Source: Patescibacteria group bacterium (GTDB lineage Bacteria; Patescibacteriota; Saccharimonadia; CAILAD01; JADZBC01). Taken from it: a DNA stretch of 64,000 nucleotides. The stretch is taken from contig JBPOIL010000012.1 of NCBI GenBank assembly GCA_052034495.1, positions 13,644 to 77,643 on the forward strand. Direction: 5' to 3'. This document shows, one piece after another, positions 51,217-60,316 of the stretch. The stretch's first letter is position 1. Each line of letters starts with the position of its first letter. The notes beneath the pieces were generated by a model that saw nothing but the letters and a program-made list of their open reading frames with translations, was not told the DNA's origin and made no database searches. The position numbers and the translations under genes were made by a program.

Positions 51217-52155
51217 GTGCTAATCGACATCAATCTACCAGAACTAAAAGAAATTTCAACAGAAGGGAACATGGCTACCTTTACGATCGAGCCATTGCAC
51301 CCAGGCTACGGTATGACCCTAGGTAATTCTATGCGAAGAGTTTTGCTTTCTTCGTTGGCCGGAGCTGCCGTTACCGCTGTAAAGATTGACGGCGTCAGTC
51401 ACGAGTTTTCAGCCCTAAAGGGTGTTAGCGAGGACATGATCGAGGTTATCCTGAACCTCAAGCAACTGCGATTACGCTATGCCGGTGACGAGCCAGTGCA
51501 CTTAACGCTAAGCAAAACGGGCTCAGGCCCAGTTACCGCTGGAGACATCAAGACTGATAGCGAAGTCGAGGTGGTAAATAAGAGCCTCGTTATCGCCCAC
51601 CTAGACGGCGCGAAGGCAAAGATTGAAATGGAAATCAGAGTCGAACAGGGACGCGGTTATGTGCCAGTAGAGAACCGCCCAGGCGAGAAGCTTCCTGTAG
51701 GGATGATTGCTGTTGACGCCCTATATACTCCTATCAAGCGCGTAAGGTATAGCGTTGAGAATACTCGTGTTGGACAGATGACCGATCTAGACAAACTCGT
51801 ACTAGAAGTCGAGACTGACGGCACCATTACTCCTAAGGATGCGGTCACTCAGGCAGCAGAGATTCTTGTAGGTCACTTCCAGGTGATTGCTGGTCACAAC
51901 GTAGTAAGCGTTGGTGCAGACGGAATCGTTACTGCTGATGCTCGCGAACAGGCGAATCTAGCAACAGTACTGATTGATGAAGTAAACTTCAGCCCACGTA
52001 CTACGAACGCCTTACTTAACAACGACATTAAGACAATCAAGGATCTAAGCGAATTGACCGACGCTGAACTCAAAGAGCTCAAAGGTTTTGGCCAGAAAGC
52101 TTATGAAGAAGTTGTCGCTAAGCTCGATGAGCTTGGAATTAAACAGGAAGATTAA
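51217..52155 (+). CDS. rpoA: DNA-directed RNA polymerase subunit alpha
   Basis: N-terminal domain plus C-terminal domain with helix-hairpin-helix; 312 aa. Confidence 0.9.
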   Translation: MLIDINLPELKEISTEGNMATFTIEPLHPGYGMTLGNSMRRVLLSSLAGAAVTAVKIDGVSHEFSALKGVSEDMIEVILNLKQLRLRYAGDEPVHLTLSKTGSGPVTAGDIKTDSEVEVVNKSLVIAHLDGAKAKIEMEIRVEQGRGYVPVENRPGEKLPVGMIAVDALYTPIKRVRYSVENTRVGQMTDLDKLVLEVETDGTITPKDAVTQAAEILVGHFQVIAGHNVVSVGADGIVTADAREQANLATVLIDEVNFSPRTTNALLNNDIKTIKDLSELTDAELKELKGFGQKAYEEVVAKLDELGIKQED

Positions 52156-52167
52156 AGGAGAGATTCA

Positions 52168-52614
52168 ATGCATCGCCACGCATATAACCAGCGCAAATTG
52201 TCCCTAGCAGCCGGCCCACGTCGTGCGCTTGTGCGTGGTTTGATTGACTCACTTATCTTGTATGAGCGAATTGAAACCACCGAAGCTAAGGCAAAGACAA
52301 TCGCACCTAAGTTCGAACAGCTCGTTACGAAAGCAAAAAAGGGAGACCTCCACAATTATCGACAGATTATGAGTGTAACTTTGTCTCCAGTTGCTGCGCA
52401 GAAATTGCGTTATGAACTGGCCGACAAATTTCAGAGCCGCCAAGGTGGCTACACCCGCATTATTAAGACCGGTGCCCGACGTGGCGACGGTGCTTCGATG
52501 GCGGTAGTAGAGCTCGTGCTCGACGAGCCAAAGTCACCGGCCGCTACTAAGAAGCAAGAATCTGCAGAAGAAGTTAAAAAACCAGTGGCTGAAAAGTCAG
52601 GAGCAAAGAAATGA
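52168..52614 (+). CDS. rplQ: 50S ribosomal protein L17
   Basis: MHRHAYNQRKLS... Confidence 0.9.
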   Translation: MHRHAYNQRKLSLAAGPRRALVRGLIDSLILYERIETTEAKAKTIAPKFEQLVTKAKKGDLHNYRQIMSVTLSPVAAQKLRYELADKFQSRQGGYTRIIKTGARRGDGASMAVVELVLDEPKSPAATKKQESAEEVKKPVAEKSGAKK

Positions 52615-53045
52615 AGACATTTAGCTTAAAACCTCAGGACGCAAAACAGGGCTGGGTAGAGATTGACGCAGCCGGAAAGACTCTTGGCAGACTATCTACT
52701 GAAGTCGCAACTCGATTGATGGGAAAGAACAAGCCAGAGTATACCGCGCACGTTGTTTGTGGCGACAAGGTTATCGTTACCAACTGTGTTCAAATCAAAG
52801 TAACCGGCAACAAGCTAACGGATAAAATGTATTACTCACATAGTGGCTATCCTGGCGGAATTAAGGAGATTGCCCTCAAGGATCTTCTAATAAAAGACCC
52901 TACACTCGTCATACGCCACTCTGTTAAGGGTATGCTACCGAAGAACAAGCTAGCTGCAGATATGCTAAAGAACTTGAAGCTGTATGCAGGCTCTGAACAT
53001 GGCCACGCGGCGCAGGCAGGATCAATAACTAAGGTGGAAGTATAA
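52611..53045 (+). CDS. rplM: 50S ribosomal protein L13
   Basis: 144 aa L13 sequence. Confidence 0.9.
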   Translation: MKTFSLKPQDAKQGWVEIDAAGKTLGRLSTEVATRLMGKNKPEYTAHVVCGDKVIVTNCVQIKVTGNKLTDKMYYSHSGYPGGIKEIALKDLLIKDPTLVIRHSVKGMLPKNKLAADMLKNLKLYAGSEHGHAAQAGSITKVEV

Positions 53046-53046
53046 T

Positions 53047-53463
53047 ATGGCAACTGAAACAACAACCAAGAAGCAAGCACACTATTATCCTGGTGTTGGC
53101 CGACGTAAGGCTGCCGTGGCAACAGCACGACTTGAAGCTGGTAAGGGTAAGATCACCGTTAATGGTAAATCACTCGAAGAATACGCAAACAACGCCACAT
53201 TGGCAGCGATTATCACTCAACCACTCGAGTTAGTTGGTAAGCAGAAAGAATCAGATGTGAACGTGCGCGTAAGCGGCGGCGGTAAGACCGGACAGGTCGA
53301 GGCAATCCGTTTGGCAATTGCACGCGCACTGAACAGTATGAGTGATGACTTTCACGTTTCTCTACGCAAGGCAGGATTCTTGACACGAGATGCCCGCAAG
53401 AAAGAGCGCAAAAAGTACGGACTCAAGAAGGCTCGTAAGGCGCCGCAGTTTAGTAAGCGTTAA
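53047..53463 (+). CDS. rpsI: 30S ribosomal protein S9
   Basis: 138 aa; ends ...APQFSKR. Confidence 0.9.
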   Translation: MATETTTKKQAHYYPGVGRRKAAVATARLEAGKGKITVNGKSLEEYANNATLAAIITQPLELVGKQKESDVNVRVSGGGKTGQVEAIRLAIARALNSMSDDFHVSLRKAGFLTRDARKKERKKYGLKKARKAPQFSKR

Positions 53464-53614
53464 GCACTACGGGGCATATCTCCATGCACAATACGAGGCT
53501 TTATGGCCTCGTATTGTGTTAAGGGTAAGCAGCTGGAAGAGTGGTGTCGGGGTGCAACGGAATGTATACTTAAACGTAAGTTGAACAAATTAGCCAAAGG
53601 GGAGAATAGCTAGA

Positions 53615-54523
53615 GTGACGATAATTGACGAAAGCATGGTAGGACAGCGCCTTGATAGTACCTTGGCCCAAAGTCATGTGGACTATTCCAGACAAGATTG
53701 GCATAATTACATCTCGCTAGGTCTCGTCACTATCAACGGAAGGGCCGTGAAGCCAGCGTACAGAGTCCAGTTAGGGGATGAGCTGTCCGTAGTGGAGGTA
53801 GAAGGTCATGTGGCAAAAAACGCCGTAGAGCAGCCTCCTGCGGCATATCGCGGACCAGATATACCGGTCGTGTACGAGGATGGCAACATCATCGTTATTA
53901 GTAAACCGGCGGGCGTCGTTGCGCATGGAGGTGACGGTGTGCCATATGAAGATTCTGTCGCAGCTTGCTTTGCGGACAGGATCGAGCAAGATGGCTCACA
54001 GAGGGCCGGTATTGTTCATAGACTTGATAAGGATACGTCGGGCGTCATGGTATTGGCTCGTACTCTGGCTGCCAGTGAAGATCTTAAGGACCAGTTTAAA
54101 TCACGAAGCGTAGATAAGTCTTATACGGCTCTCGTTTGGGGCTGCATGCAGCAGTCAACCGCTAGGGTCGAGCTGCCGCTTGCAAGACATCATTCAATTC
54201 CTACTCAGATGTCCGTATCCCCCGATGGCAAGATGGCCGTTACCGAATATAGTGTAGAGAAGGAGTATAGAGATTACTCACTGCTAGACATACGGCTCCT
54301 GACGGGAAGGATGCATCAGATTCGTGTCCACATGAATTATTTAGGCAACCCTGTCGTCGGGGATGCTACTTATGGCCGTCGGCCTGTACCTGAGGGCCTA
54401 TCTAGGCAGTTTTTGCACGCGCGACGTATAAGCTTTAAGGTTCCCGGCGGGGCACTAGAAAGTTTTGAGGCGCCGCTTCCAGCCGACCTAAAGGCCTTCC
54501 TGGAGGGGCTTGAACGTGCTTGA
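53615..54523 (+). CDS. rluD: RluA-family 23S rRNA pseudouridine synthase (RluD-like)
   Basis: N-terminal S4 domain; catalytic HRLDKDTSG motif. Confidence 0.8.
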   Translation: MTIIDESMVGQRLDSTLAQSHVDYSRQDWHNYISLGLVTINGRAVKPAYRVQLGDELSVVEVEGHVAKNAVEQPPAAYRGPDIPVVYEDGNIIVISKPAGVVAHGGDGVPYEDSVAACFADRIEQDGSQRAGIVHRLDKDTSGVMVLARTLAASEDLKDQFKSRSVDKSYTALVWGCMQQSTARVELPLARHHSIPTQMSVSPDGKMAVTEYSVEKEYRDYSLLDIRLLTGRMHQIRVHMNYLGNPVVGDATYGRRPVPEGLSRQFLHARRISFKVPGGALESFEAPLPADLKAFLEGLERA

Positions 54524-55292
54524 GTACATTGCACATCCATCTACGAGGTCACAGCTAGAGGCCATTGCCCTCAATCCAAGTCATGCCTACGTTTTTAGTG
54601 GACCAAAGTATGTATATAAGCAGCGCGCGGCAGAGGAAATCGCTTTAAGCTTAGCCGGTGCCAAGAGCATTGATGACCCTAATATTGTTGTTGTCTCAGC
54701 CGACGAGGATGGGGGGAGGCTAAAAATATCGCATATTAAGGCTGCGCTCGACCAGCTGGTTCGGACTGCTTATCGCGAAACAGCCCACCGAGTGGTGCTT
54801 GTAGCTGCTGCCGAAGCAATGACCCCAGATGCGTCCAACGCGCTTCTAAAGAATTTAGAAGAACCTCGTGACGGAGTTGTATTTATACTCGTTACAAACG
54901 CAGCTCATGCCTTACTGCCGACAATCCGATCGCGAACTCAACAGATCAATTTCTACGCTGGTAGCTTGGACCAAGGAGGTTTACCACCACGCTTGAGTGA
55001 AGAGCTTAAGAGCTCTCCCGAACTTGCCGAACGCCATGCTGGGGCTCGCACTATGGCGGATGACTTTATAAAGGGCGACATTAGTAGCCGCTTCTTGATT
55101 GCTAAACAAACTCACGAGATCGGCCTTTCTGTGGATCTACTTGGATATATTGCTGATGCATTAAGGGCCGAGGGCATTACTTCTGCCACAGAGGCTTCAC
55201 TGGAAGCTGTCATCCGAGCTGAGGACAATCTAGCGCGCAATGTGAGTGACAGGCTTTGTATTGAGTATCTGGGGATGGAGATGGCCTTATGA
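54510..55292 (+). CDS. holB: DNA polymerase III delta' subunit
   Basis: LLKNLEEP and RSRTQ motifs; degenerate Walker A. Confidence 0.65.
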   Translation: MNVLEYIAHPSTRSQLEAIALNPSHAYVFSGPKYVYKQRAAEEIALSLAGAKSIDDPNIVVVSADEDGGRLKISHIKAALDQLVRTAYRETAHRVVLVAAAEAMTPDASNALLKNLEEPRDGVVFILVTNAAHALLPTIRSRTQQINFYAGSLDQGGLPPRLSEELKSSPELAERHAGARTMADDFIKGDISSRFLIAKQTHEIGLSVDLLGYIADALRAEGITSATEASLEAVIRAEDNLARNVSDRLCIEYLGMEMAL

Positions 55293-55969
55293 TTGCCGAG
55301 CTCGCACTAGTTATCATGGCGACGGTATTTTGTTGGACTATTATTCGCCGGGGTGACTCACTTACGAATTCATCCATTACGGGCTTCATGACAGGGAAGC
55401 CAATGAGTCATGATGAGCGAGTCGCGAGGTTGATTAACTTGGCGGACCGCTATTATAGCGAACATAAATACATACCCGCCGAGAGGGCGTATCTGCGAAT
55501 TTTACGCTTAGATCACCGTAATACACACGCCTATAACAGGCTCGGCTTTATTTACACACAGCTCAACAATGCCCCGGACGCATTGGAATGCTTCAAGATC
55601 GTAGCAGACCAAAAGCCAAGTGCGGCCCACTATCACAACTACGCCATGGCACTGTTCAAGAACCGCGAGTTCAGGCAAGCTGCAGATGTTTTAATCAAAG
55701 CAAATGGAATAGAAAAGACGCAAACTAGACTCATAAGCTTAGCGCGTATTTATCGTATCCTTGGCGAATACGATAAGCAGGCGGCTACTTTGGAAGAGGC
55801 TTTGGAGCTGCAGGGCGGAGATAGTATCGAGATCCTGCACTTACTTGCGGAGACGCACTTGCACAACAAAGACCTCGTTGCTGCAAAGGCTGTATTTAAG
55901 AGGATTCTAAAGCTTGAGCCTGACAACATGAGGGCTAGGCAGGTGTTAAGCCAACCCGCCCAATCTTGA
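55289..55969 (+). CDS. membrane-anchored tetratricopeptide-repeat protein
   Basis: N-terminal TM helix; TPR-like repeats (AYNRLGFIYTQLNNAPDALECF...). Confidence 0.55.
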   Translation: MIAELALVIMATVFCWTIIRRGDSLTNSSITGFMTGKPMSHDERVARLINLADRYYSEHKYIPAERAYLRILRLDHRNTHAYNRLGFIYTQLNNAPDALECFKIVADQKPSAAHYHNYAMALFKNREFRQAADVLIKANGIEKTQTRLISLARIYRILGEYDKQAATLEEALELQGGDSIEILHLLAETHLHNKDLVAAKAVFKRILKLEPDNMRARQVLSQPAQS

Positions 55970-56036
55970 ACGCTAAGCATAAAAATGCTAAACTGAAGCC
56001 TGCATTTAGGCTTAACTTGTTTCGTGAGTTCTTTAT

Positions 56037-56110
56037 GCCCCTATAGCTCAATGGTAGAGCAGCGGTTTTGTAAACCGTCGATGCGGGTTCGATTCCCTCT
56101 AGGGGCTCCA
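56037..56110 (+). tRNA. tRNA-Thr(TGT), CCA encoded
   Basis: Manual fold: acceptor GCCCCTA/TAGGGGC, anticodon loop TTTGTAA, T-loop TTCGATT. Confidence 0.8.
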
Positions 56111-56121
56111 GTTAGTAACTC

Positions 56122-56207
56122 GCAGGGGTACCGAAGTGGCCAACCGGGGCAGACTGTAAATCTGCTGACATTCGTCTTCGGGGGTTCGAATCCCTCCCCC
56201 TGCACCA
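56122..56207 (+). tRNA. tRNA-Tyr(GTA), type II, CCA encoded
   Basis: Acceptor GCAGGGG/CCCCTGC, anticodon loop CTGTAAA, long variable arm, T-loop TTCGAAT. Confidence 0.85.
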
Positions 56208-56227
56208 TGTATTATCTAAGCCCGTTT

Positions 56228-56302
<75 letters not shown>

Positions 56303-56309
56303 TGCAATT

Positions 56310-56510
56310 ATGAAGAAAAAAGAACTTACATTATCTAAAGACAAAAAAGCCCTCGGCGTAGCGGGCGGAATTGCTGAATACTTTGATACCGATCCTGCTT
56401 GGGTTCGAATTATCGCGCTTATTTTTATTGTCGCAACTGGCTTGGTGCCTGGTTTGATTGTGTACTTTATTATTGGTAAGGCCATAATCCCCGAGGGAAA
56501 AAAGAAGTGA
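56310..56510 (+). CDS. PspC-domain membrane protein
   Basis: [25 protein letters not shown] (PspC domain) plus a TM helix; 66 aa. Confidence 0.7.
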   Translation: MKKKELTLSKDKKALGVAGGIAEYFDTDPAWVRIIALIFIVATGLVPGLIVYFIIGKAIIPEGKKK

Positions 56511-56668
56511 CCGAGCGTAAGCAGCGAATCATGGTGGCGCTTGAATGCAGTACTTGTGGCAGCAAGAATTATCGTACGAGTAAGAACCGCGCTAAAGCTG
56601 AGCGCCTGGAGCTCAAGAAGTTTTGCCGCAAGTGTAATAAGCTGACCCTTCACAAAGAGTCTCGCTAG
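56507..56668 (+). CDS. rpmG: 50S ribosomal protein L33 (53 aa, GTG start overlapping the pspC stop; not in the ORF track)
   Basis: [53 protein letters not shown]; C4 zinc ribbon. Confidence 0.75.
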   Translation: MTERKQRIMVALECSTCGSKNYRTSKNRAKAERLELKKFCRKCNKLTLHKESR

Positions 56669-56715
56669 GTATAAAAGCACCTAGTTTTCTGCTAAAATAG
56701 GCGAGTTACAAATAA

Positions 56716-56792
56716 AGGGGTGTAGCTCAGATGGCTAGAGCGTCGGTCTCCAAAACCGAAGGCCGCGGGTTCGATTCCTGCCACCCCTGCCA
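56716..56792 (+). tRNA. tRNA-Trp(CCA) with A1-U72, CCA encoded
   Basis: Acceptor AGGGGTG/CACCCCT, anticodon loop CTCCAAA, T-loop TTCGATT. Confidence 0.8.
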
Positions 56793-56813
56793 AGCAATCA
56801 TACGCTACCATAT

Positions 56814-56833
56814 AAAGCCCCGAGAGGGGTTTT
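56814..56833 (+). terminator. Rho-independent terminator after tRNA-Trp
   Basis: aaaGCCCCgagaGGGGtttt. Confidence 0.65.
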
Positions 56834-56864
56834 ATGCTATCATATGTCATATATAGGAGGGTGT

Positions 56865-57836
56865 ATGACAGGGACAGGAGAATTGGGTCAAGATAAAAAG
56901 AGGTTTGTGCCATCGTTAGACCCAGGGATATTAGAGACGGACTCAAATGAGGGTAACGAAGGCAAGGCTGAAAAGCTAGGTCATAAGCCGGTAACTACAA
57001 TTGATGTACGCCGTCATAGCGACTACGATGGTGGATTTCCAGATGCAGGTTGGGGTAAGCCTACGGAAGAGGAACAACAAAAACTTGGGCACTTAACCGA
57101 GCAAGGCATCGAGAATGCTACTCGCGTAGCCAGAGAGATAGTCGGCAGGAGGCTTGATGAGTCTGGAGATGATGTTGACTTTTTAGTTATAGCAAGCCCT
57201 ACCCACTGGCTTGGAGACGAGCAGCTTGGGCAAAGGGCCATCGAGACAGGAAAGATATACTCAGACGAGATCAAGCGTCAACTTGAAGAAAGAGGCTTGT
57301 CGAGTGACCACTTGATCAATACCACTCAGCCTAAAGCCTTAGAGCACGAGGTCGGCGACGTAAGGGTCGGCAGGAAGATGGTTGAAGCACAGATTTTTGA
57401 TGACCCCGCGGCACTAGACGTAATTGATGAACTCCGTGCTAAATATGGGGGTCAAGGTACGGAGTTTTGGGATGCATGGTATGCCGGCGATGATAGTGAA
57501 GCCCTTGATTCTGTAGGAGCCGAGAGCTCTACTGATGCTGCGGACCGAGCAGACAAAATGATAGAAGCCATTGTTCGCTACGGTAAGATTTATAACACGA
57601 AGACGGGCAGGAGCCTAGCAGTAATAGTCCTAACTCACCATGAAATTTTACAGCCCTATGCGCTACACAAGCTTGGGGTTTCTCAGCAAGAGTTCGTACC
57701 CGGTAAAAACGATGGGTTTGAGATAAGAGTCGAGGATGAAAGGGCAGTTGTATCAATTGCTGGCCACGAGATTGAGCGGACATCAAGACGCGAGAGAAGG
57801 TCTGGTGAGAGCCCGGACGTTGCCGAAGTAGATTAG
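56865..57836 (+). CDS. histidine-phosphatase-superfamily protein (putative; start at ATG 56865 with AGGAGG RBS; track ORF starts 56844)
   Basis: N-terminal RRHSDY (RHG-like) and C-terminal LTHHE segments resemble the PGM-branch His phosphatase catalytic core. Confidence 0.4.
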   Translation: MTGTGELGQDKKRFVPSLDPGILETDSNEGNEGKAEKLGHKPVTTIDVRRHSDYDGGFPDAGWGKPTEEEQQKLGHLTEQGIENATRVAREIVGRRLDESGDDVDFLVIASPTHWLGDEQLGQRAIETGKIYSDEIKRQLEERGLSSDHLINTTQPKALEHEVGDVRVGRKMVEAQIFDDPAALDVIDELRAKYGGQGTEFWDAWYAGDDSEALDSVGAESSTDAADRADKMIEAIVRYGKIYNTKTGRSLAVIVLTHHEILQPYALHKLGVSQQEFVPGKNDGFEIRVEDERAVVSIAGHEIERTSRRERRSGESPDVAEVD

Positions 57837-57849
57837 GTAATCCATCTAT

Positions 57850-59379
57850 ATGACCCCCACTAAGAAATTCAAGCAACTAGTGTTTATTAAAGCGATGGAG
57901 ATAAATGGGATATCTCCACTACCGCACTATTTCGAGGAGATCTATACGAACCGGACAGGTATAAGAAAGCTTGGCTTACGTGGTGATGAGAATTACTTAT
58001 TCCATAGTGTGAATGGGCTTGGGGCTGGCTACTACGAGCGGCATGAGATGGAGTTATCTGCTCAATCCGTCTATAAGTTTTTTCAGACAAAGCAGCACCG
58101 TGTCGACTTCTTTAAGAAGATAGAGAGGCTTCTGCAGGATCTCCATGTTTTTAGCGAGATGCTAGATGAGGAAGACCTCTCAGCGCTAAGCGACAAGCAG
58201 ATAGCTCAATATTTTCTTGAGGCTAACCGTATGCATGGTAGGGCTTTTTCCCTGTACATCGTTAGCCAACCATATAGGATGGCCATTTTCGAGAAGAATC
58301 TTAGGTATGAATTGGGGAAGAGGGTTGCTGCAAGTCGCATAGACTCGTATTTGGCTGAGCTTGCGACTTCAGAGAAGCCTACGAAGGTCACTGCTGAAGA
58401 GCTTGATTGGCTTCGCTTCCTGATAAAATACAAAACTAAGTACGGCAATAGCTTAAGTCTTTCCGGTCTTCGAGAGAGCAAGCCTGATATGTACAGTGAC
58501 TTAGTTAGCCATTTCGAGAAGTATAGGACTCTCACGCTTGGCGATGGTAATTGGACATATGATATAAAACATTACCTGAACAACTTGAAGAACGATTACC
58601 CAAAAGACCTAAAGGACCTTAAGAAGAGCCTAAATGAAAGGTCCGGCTATCCTGGCTTTGTAAAAGCTCGTCGCAATTTGCTTATAAGTGAGCTTTATCT
58701 GACTCAGGAAACCGTCGATGACCTCGCTTTTTTGGCGGACATAGGCCATACTCGCCTCGTCATGAGGATTGATGGCTGGTTGCCATTTGTATCTACGATT
58801 ATTAAGTTAGACATCGAGCTTTCTAAAAGACTAGATGTGGGGGATGTACTTAACTATATGACCGAAGAAGAGCTGGTAGCCCTGGCCGAGAATGGAGATA
58901 TGGTGCCCGAGAGAGAACTGCTCGCGCGGAAAAAAACTGGGGAGTTCCTCATCCTGAATGACCATGGCTCGTACAGAATTTTTTATGGCGCAGAGGCAAA
59001 TAAGAAGTTTAAATCTCTAGTACCCGAGGTCGATCATGCAGCTATCACGGAGCTCAAAGGCTCAACCGCTGTAATGGGTAAAATTACAGGGAAGGCATGT
59101 GTATACCGATGGGATGATAACTTAGAGAAGAAGCTCGAAGTCATTAAGAAAAACCCAATCCTAATTACTGGTCAGACGCGACCCTCCATGATGCCTATCA
59201 TCCGTCTTGCGAAGGGGATCGCCACCGATGAGGGTGGTGTTACTTCTCACGCCGCCATAGTGTCACGGGAGCTTGGCATACCGGCAGTCATTGGTACGGT
59301 CCACGCTACTAAGGTTTTCAAGGACGGAGACCTAGTGGAGATTGATGCGGACAACGGAGTAGTGAGGAAACTGTCATGA
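57850..59379 (+). CDS. PEP-utilizing-enzyme mobile-domain protein: ~400-aa unknown N-terminal domain plus C-terminal phosphohistidine swivel domain (like the RPH/PEP-synthase-like C-terminal two-thirds)
   Basis: C-terminus GQTRPSMMPIIRLAKGIATDEGGVTSHAAIVSRELGIPAVIG is the conserved PEP-utilizers His-swivel motif. Confidence 0.65.
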   Translation: MTPTKKFKQLVFIKAMEINGISPLPHYFEEIYTNRTGIRKLGLRGDENYLFHSVNGLGAGYYERHEMELSAQSVYKFFQTKQHRVDFFKKIERLLQDLHVFSEMLDEEDLSALSDKQIAQYFLEANRMHGRAFSLYIVSQPYRMAIFEKNLRYELGKRVAASRIDSYLAELATSEKPTKVTAEELDWLRFLIKYKTKYGNSLSLSGLRESKPDMYSDLVSHFEKYRTLTLGDGNWTYDIKHYLNNLKNDYPKDLKDLKKSLNERSGYPGFVKARRNLLISELYLTQETVDDLAFLADIGHTRLVMRIDGWLPFVSTIIKLDIELSKRLDVGDVLNYMTEEELVALAENGDMVPERELLARKKTGEFLILNDHGSYRIFYGAEANKKFKSLVPEVDHAAITELKGSTAVMGKITGKACVYRWDDNLEKKLEVIKKNPILITGQTRPSMMPIIRLAKGIATDEGGVTSHAAIVSRELGIPAVIGTVHATKVFKDGDLVEIDADNGVVRKLS

Positions 59380-60212
59380 AATACATATCCCCATTTAGTA
59401 GGATTTCAAAGAAGGATTCCATGGTATATGGGGGGAAGGTTGCTTCTCTCGGTGAAATGTATTCAGCTGGCATCCCGGTACCAAACGGGTTTGGGGTGTC
59501 AATTGAAGCTCATAGAGAATTGGGGGGCAAGCCCTTTACAGATGAGTTTAGGCAGGACCTCCAGAGCGCGCTTAACGAGCTGGGGCATGACCGTGTTGCA
59601 GTTCGTTCATCCGCTGTCGCAGAGGATGCAGCGGATGCTTCATGGGCTGGCCAGCTGGAGACGTATTTGAACGTCGATGCAGATGGCCTTGAAGATGCTA
59701 TCAGGAAGTGCTGGAAATCTGTCGATGCAAGTCATGTTAAGGCATATGCAAAAGGTAAGAAGCTAGGTAAAGACAGTCTGCTGGTTGGCGTCGTAGTTCA
59801 AGGCATGGTGGACAGCGAGGCTTCTGGCGTTATGTTTACCGTCAACCCCGTTACTCACAGTAAGGGTGAACTCATGATTGAGGGCGCTTATGGGCTCGGA
59901 GAGACCGTAGTCCAGGGTATCGTAACTCCCGATAATTGGCTCGTTGATCGTAAGGACCATACTGTGTCGCATTTCGGTATACAGGTTAAGGAGAAGATGA
60001 TGATTTTTCAGAATGGCAAGAATGTCACGTTAGCAGTCCCTGATGCAATAGCCGATAGGGCTGTCTTGATGGAAGAGCAGGTACTTGAGCTGGCAGCGTT
60101 AGGTATTAAGATAGAGGATCATTATGGGGCTCCGCAAGATATCGAGTGGGCTCGCTCTAAGGGTGCTTTCTATATAGTACAGGCACGTCCGATCACAACT
60201 CTTGATTCTTAG
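59376..60212 (+). CDS. pyruvate-phosphate-dikinase N-terminal-type (PPDK_N) ATP-grasp nucleotide-binding domain protein
   Basis: GGKVASLGEM...GIPVPNGF, VRSSAVAEDAADASWAGQ, DIEWA and QARPIT motifs of the PPDK_N/RPH ATP-binding domain. Overlaps the upstream gene by 4 nt (ATGA). Confidence 0.65.
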   Translation: MKYISPFSRISKKDSMVYGGKVASLGEMYSAGIPVPNGFGVSIEAHRELGGKPFTDEFRQDLQSALNELGHDRVAVRSSAVAEDAADASWAGQLETYLNVDADGLEDAIRKCWKSVDASHVKAYAKGKKLGKDSLLVGVVVQGMVDSEASGVMFTVNPVTHSKGELMIEGAYGLGETVVQGIVTPDNWLVDRKDHTVSHFGIQVKEKMMIFQNGKNVTLAVPDAIADRAVLMEEQVLELAALGIKIEDHYGAPQDIEWARSKGAFYIVQARPITTLDS

Positions 60213-60316
60213 CTTCATTCAATAACAGTGTAGGGCATGGCATGGCACGGAGGCCCTATACAGGCCGACAATTGTTCATGCTTATGCTACAATTGATAGG
60301 TAAAATGACTTAATTT

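Noticed and set aside
56037-56110. Possible pseudo-tRNA status of tRNA-Thr(TGT) due to a C-U mismatch in the T-stem
   Set aside because: A single mismatch with otherwise canonical acceptor, anticodon and T-loop (TTCGATT) plus encoded CCA is compatible with a functional tRNA.
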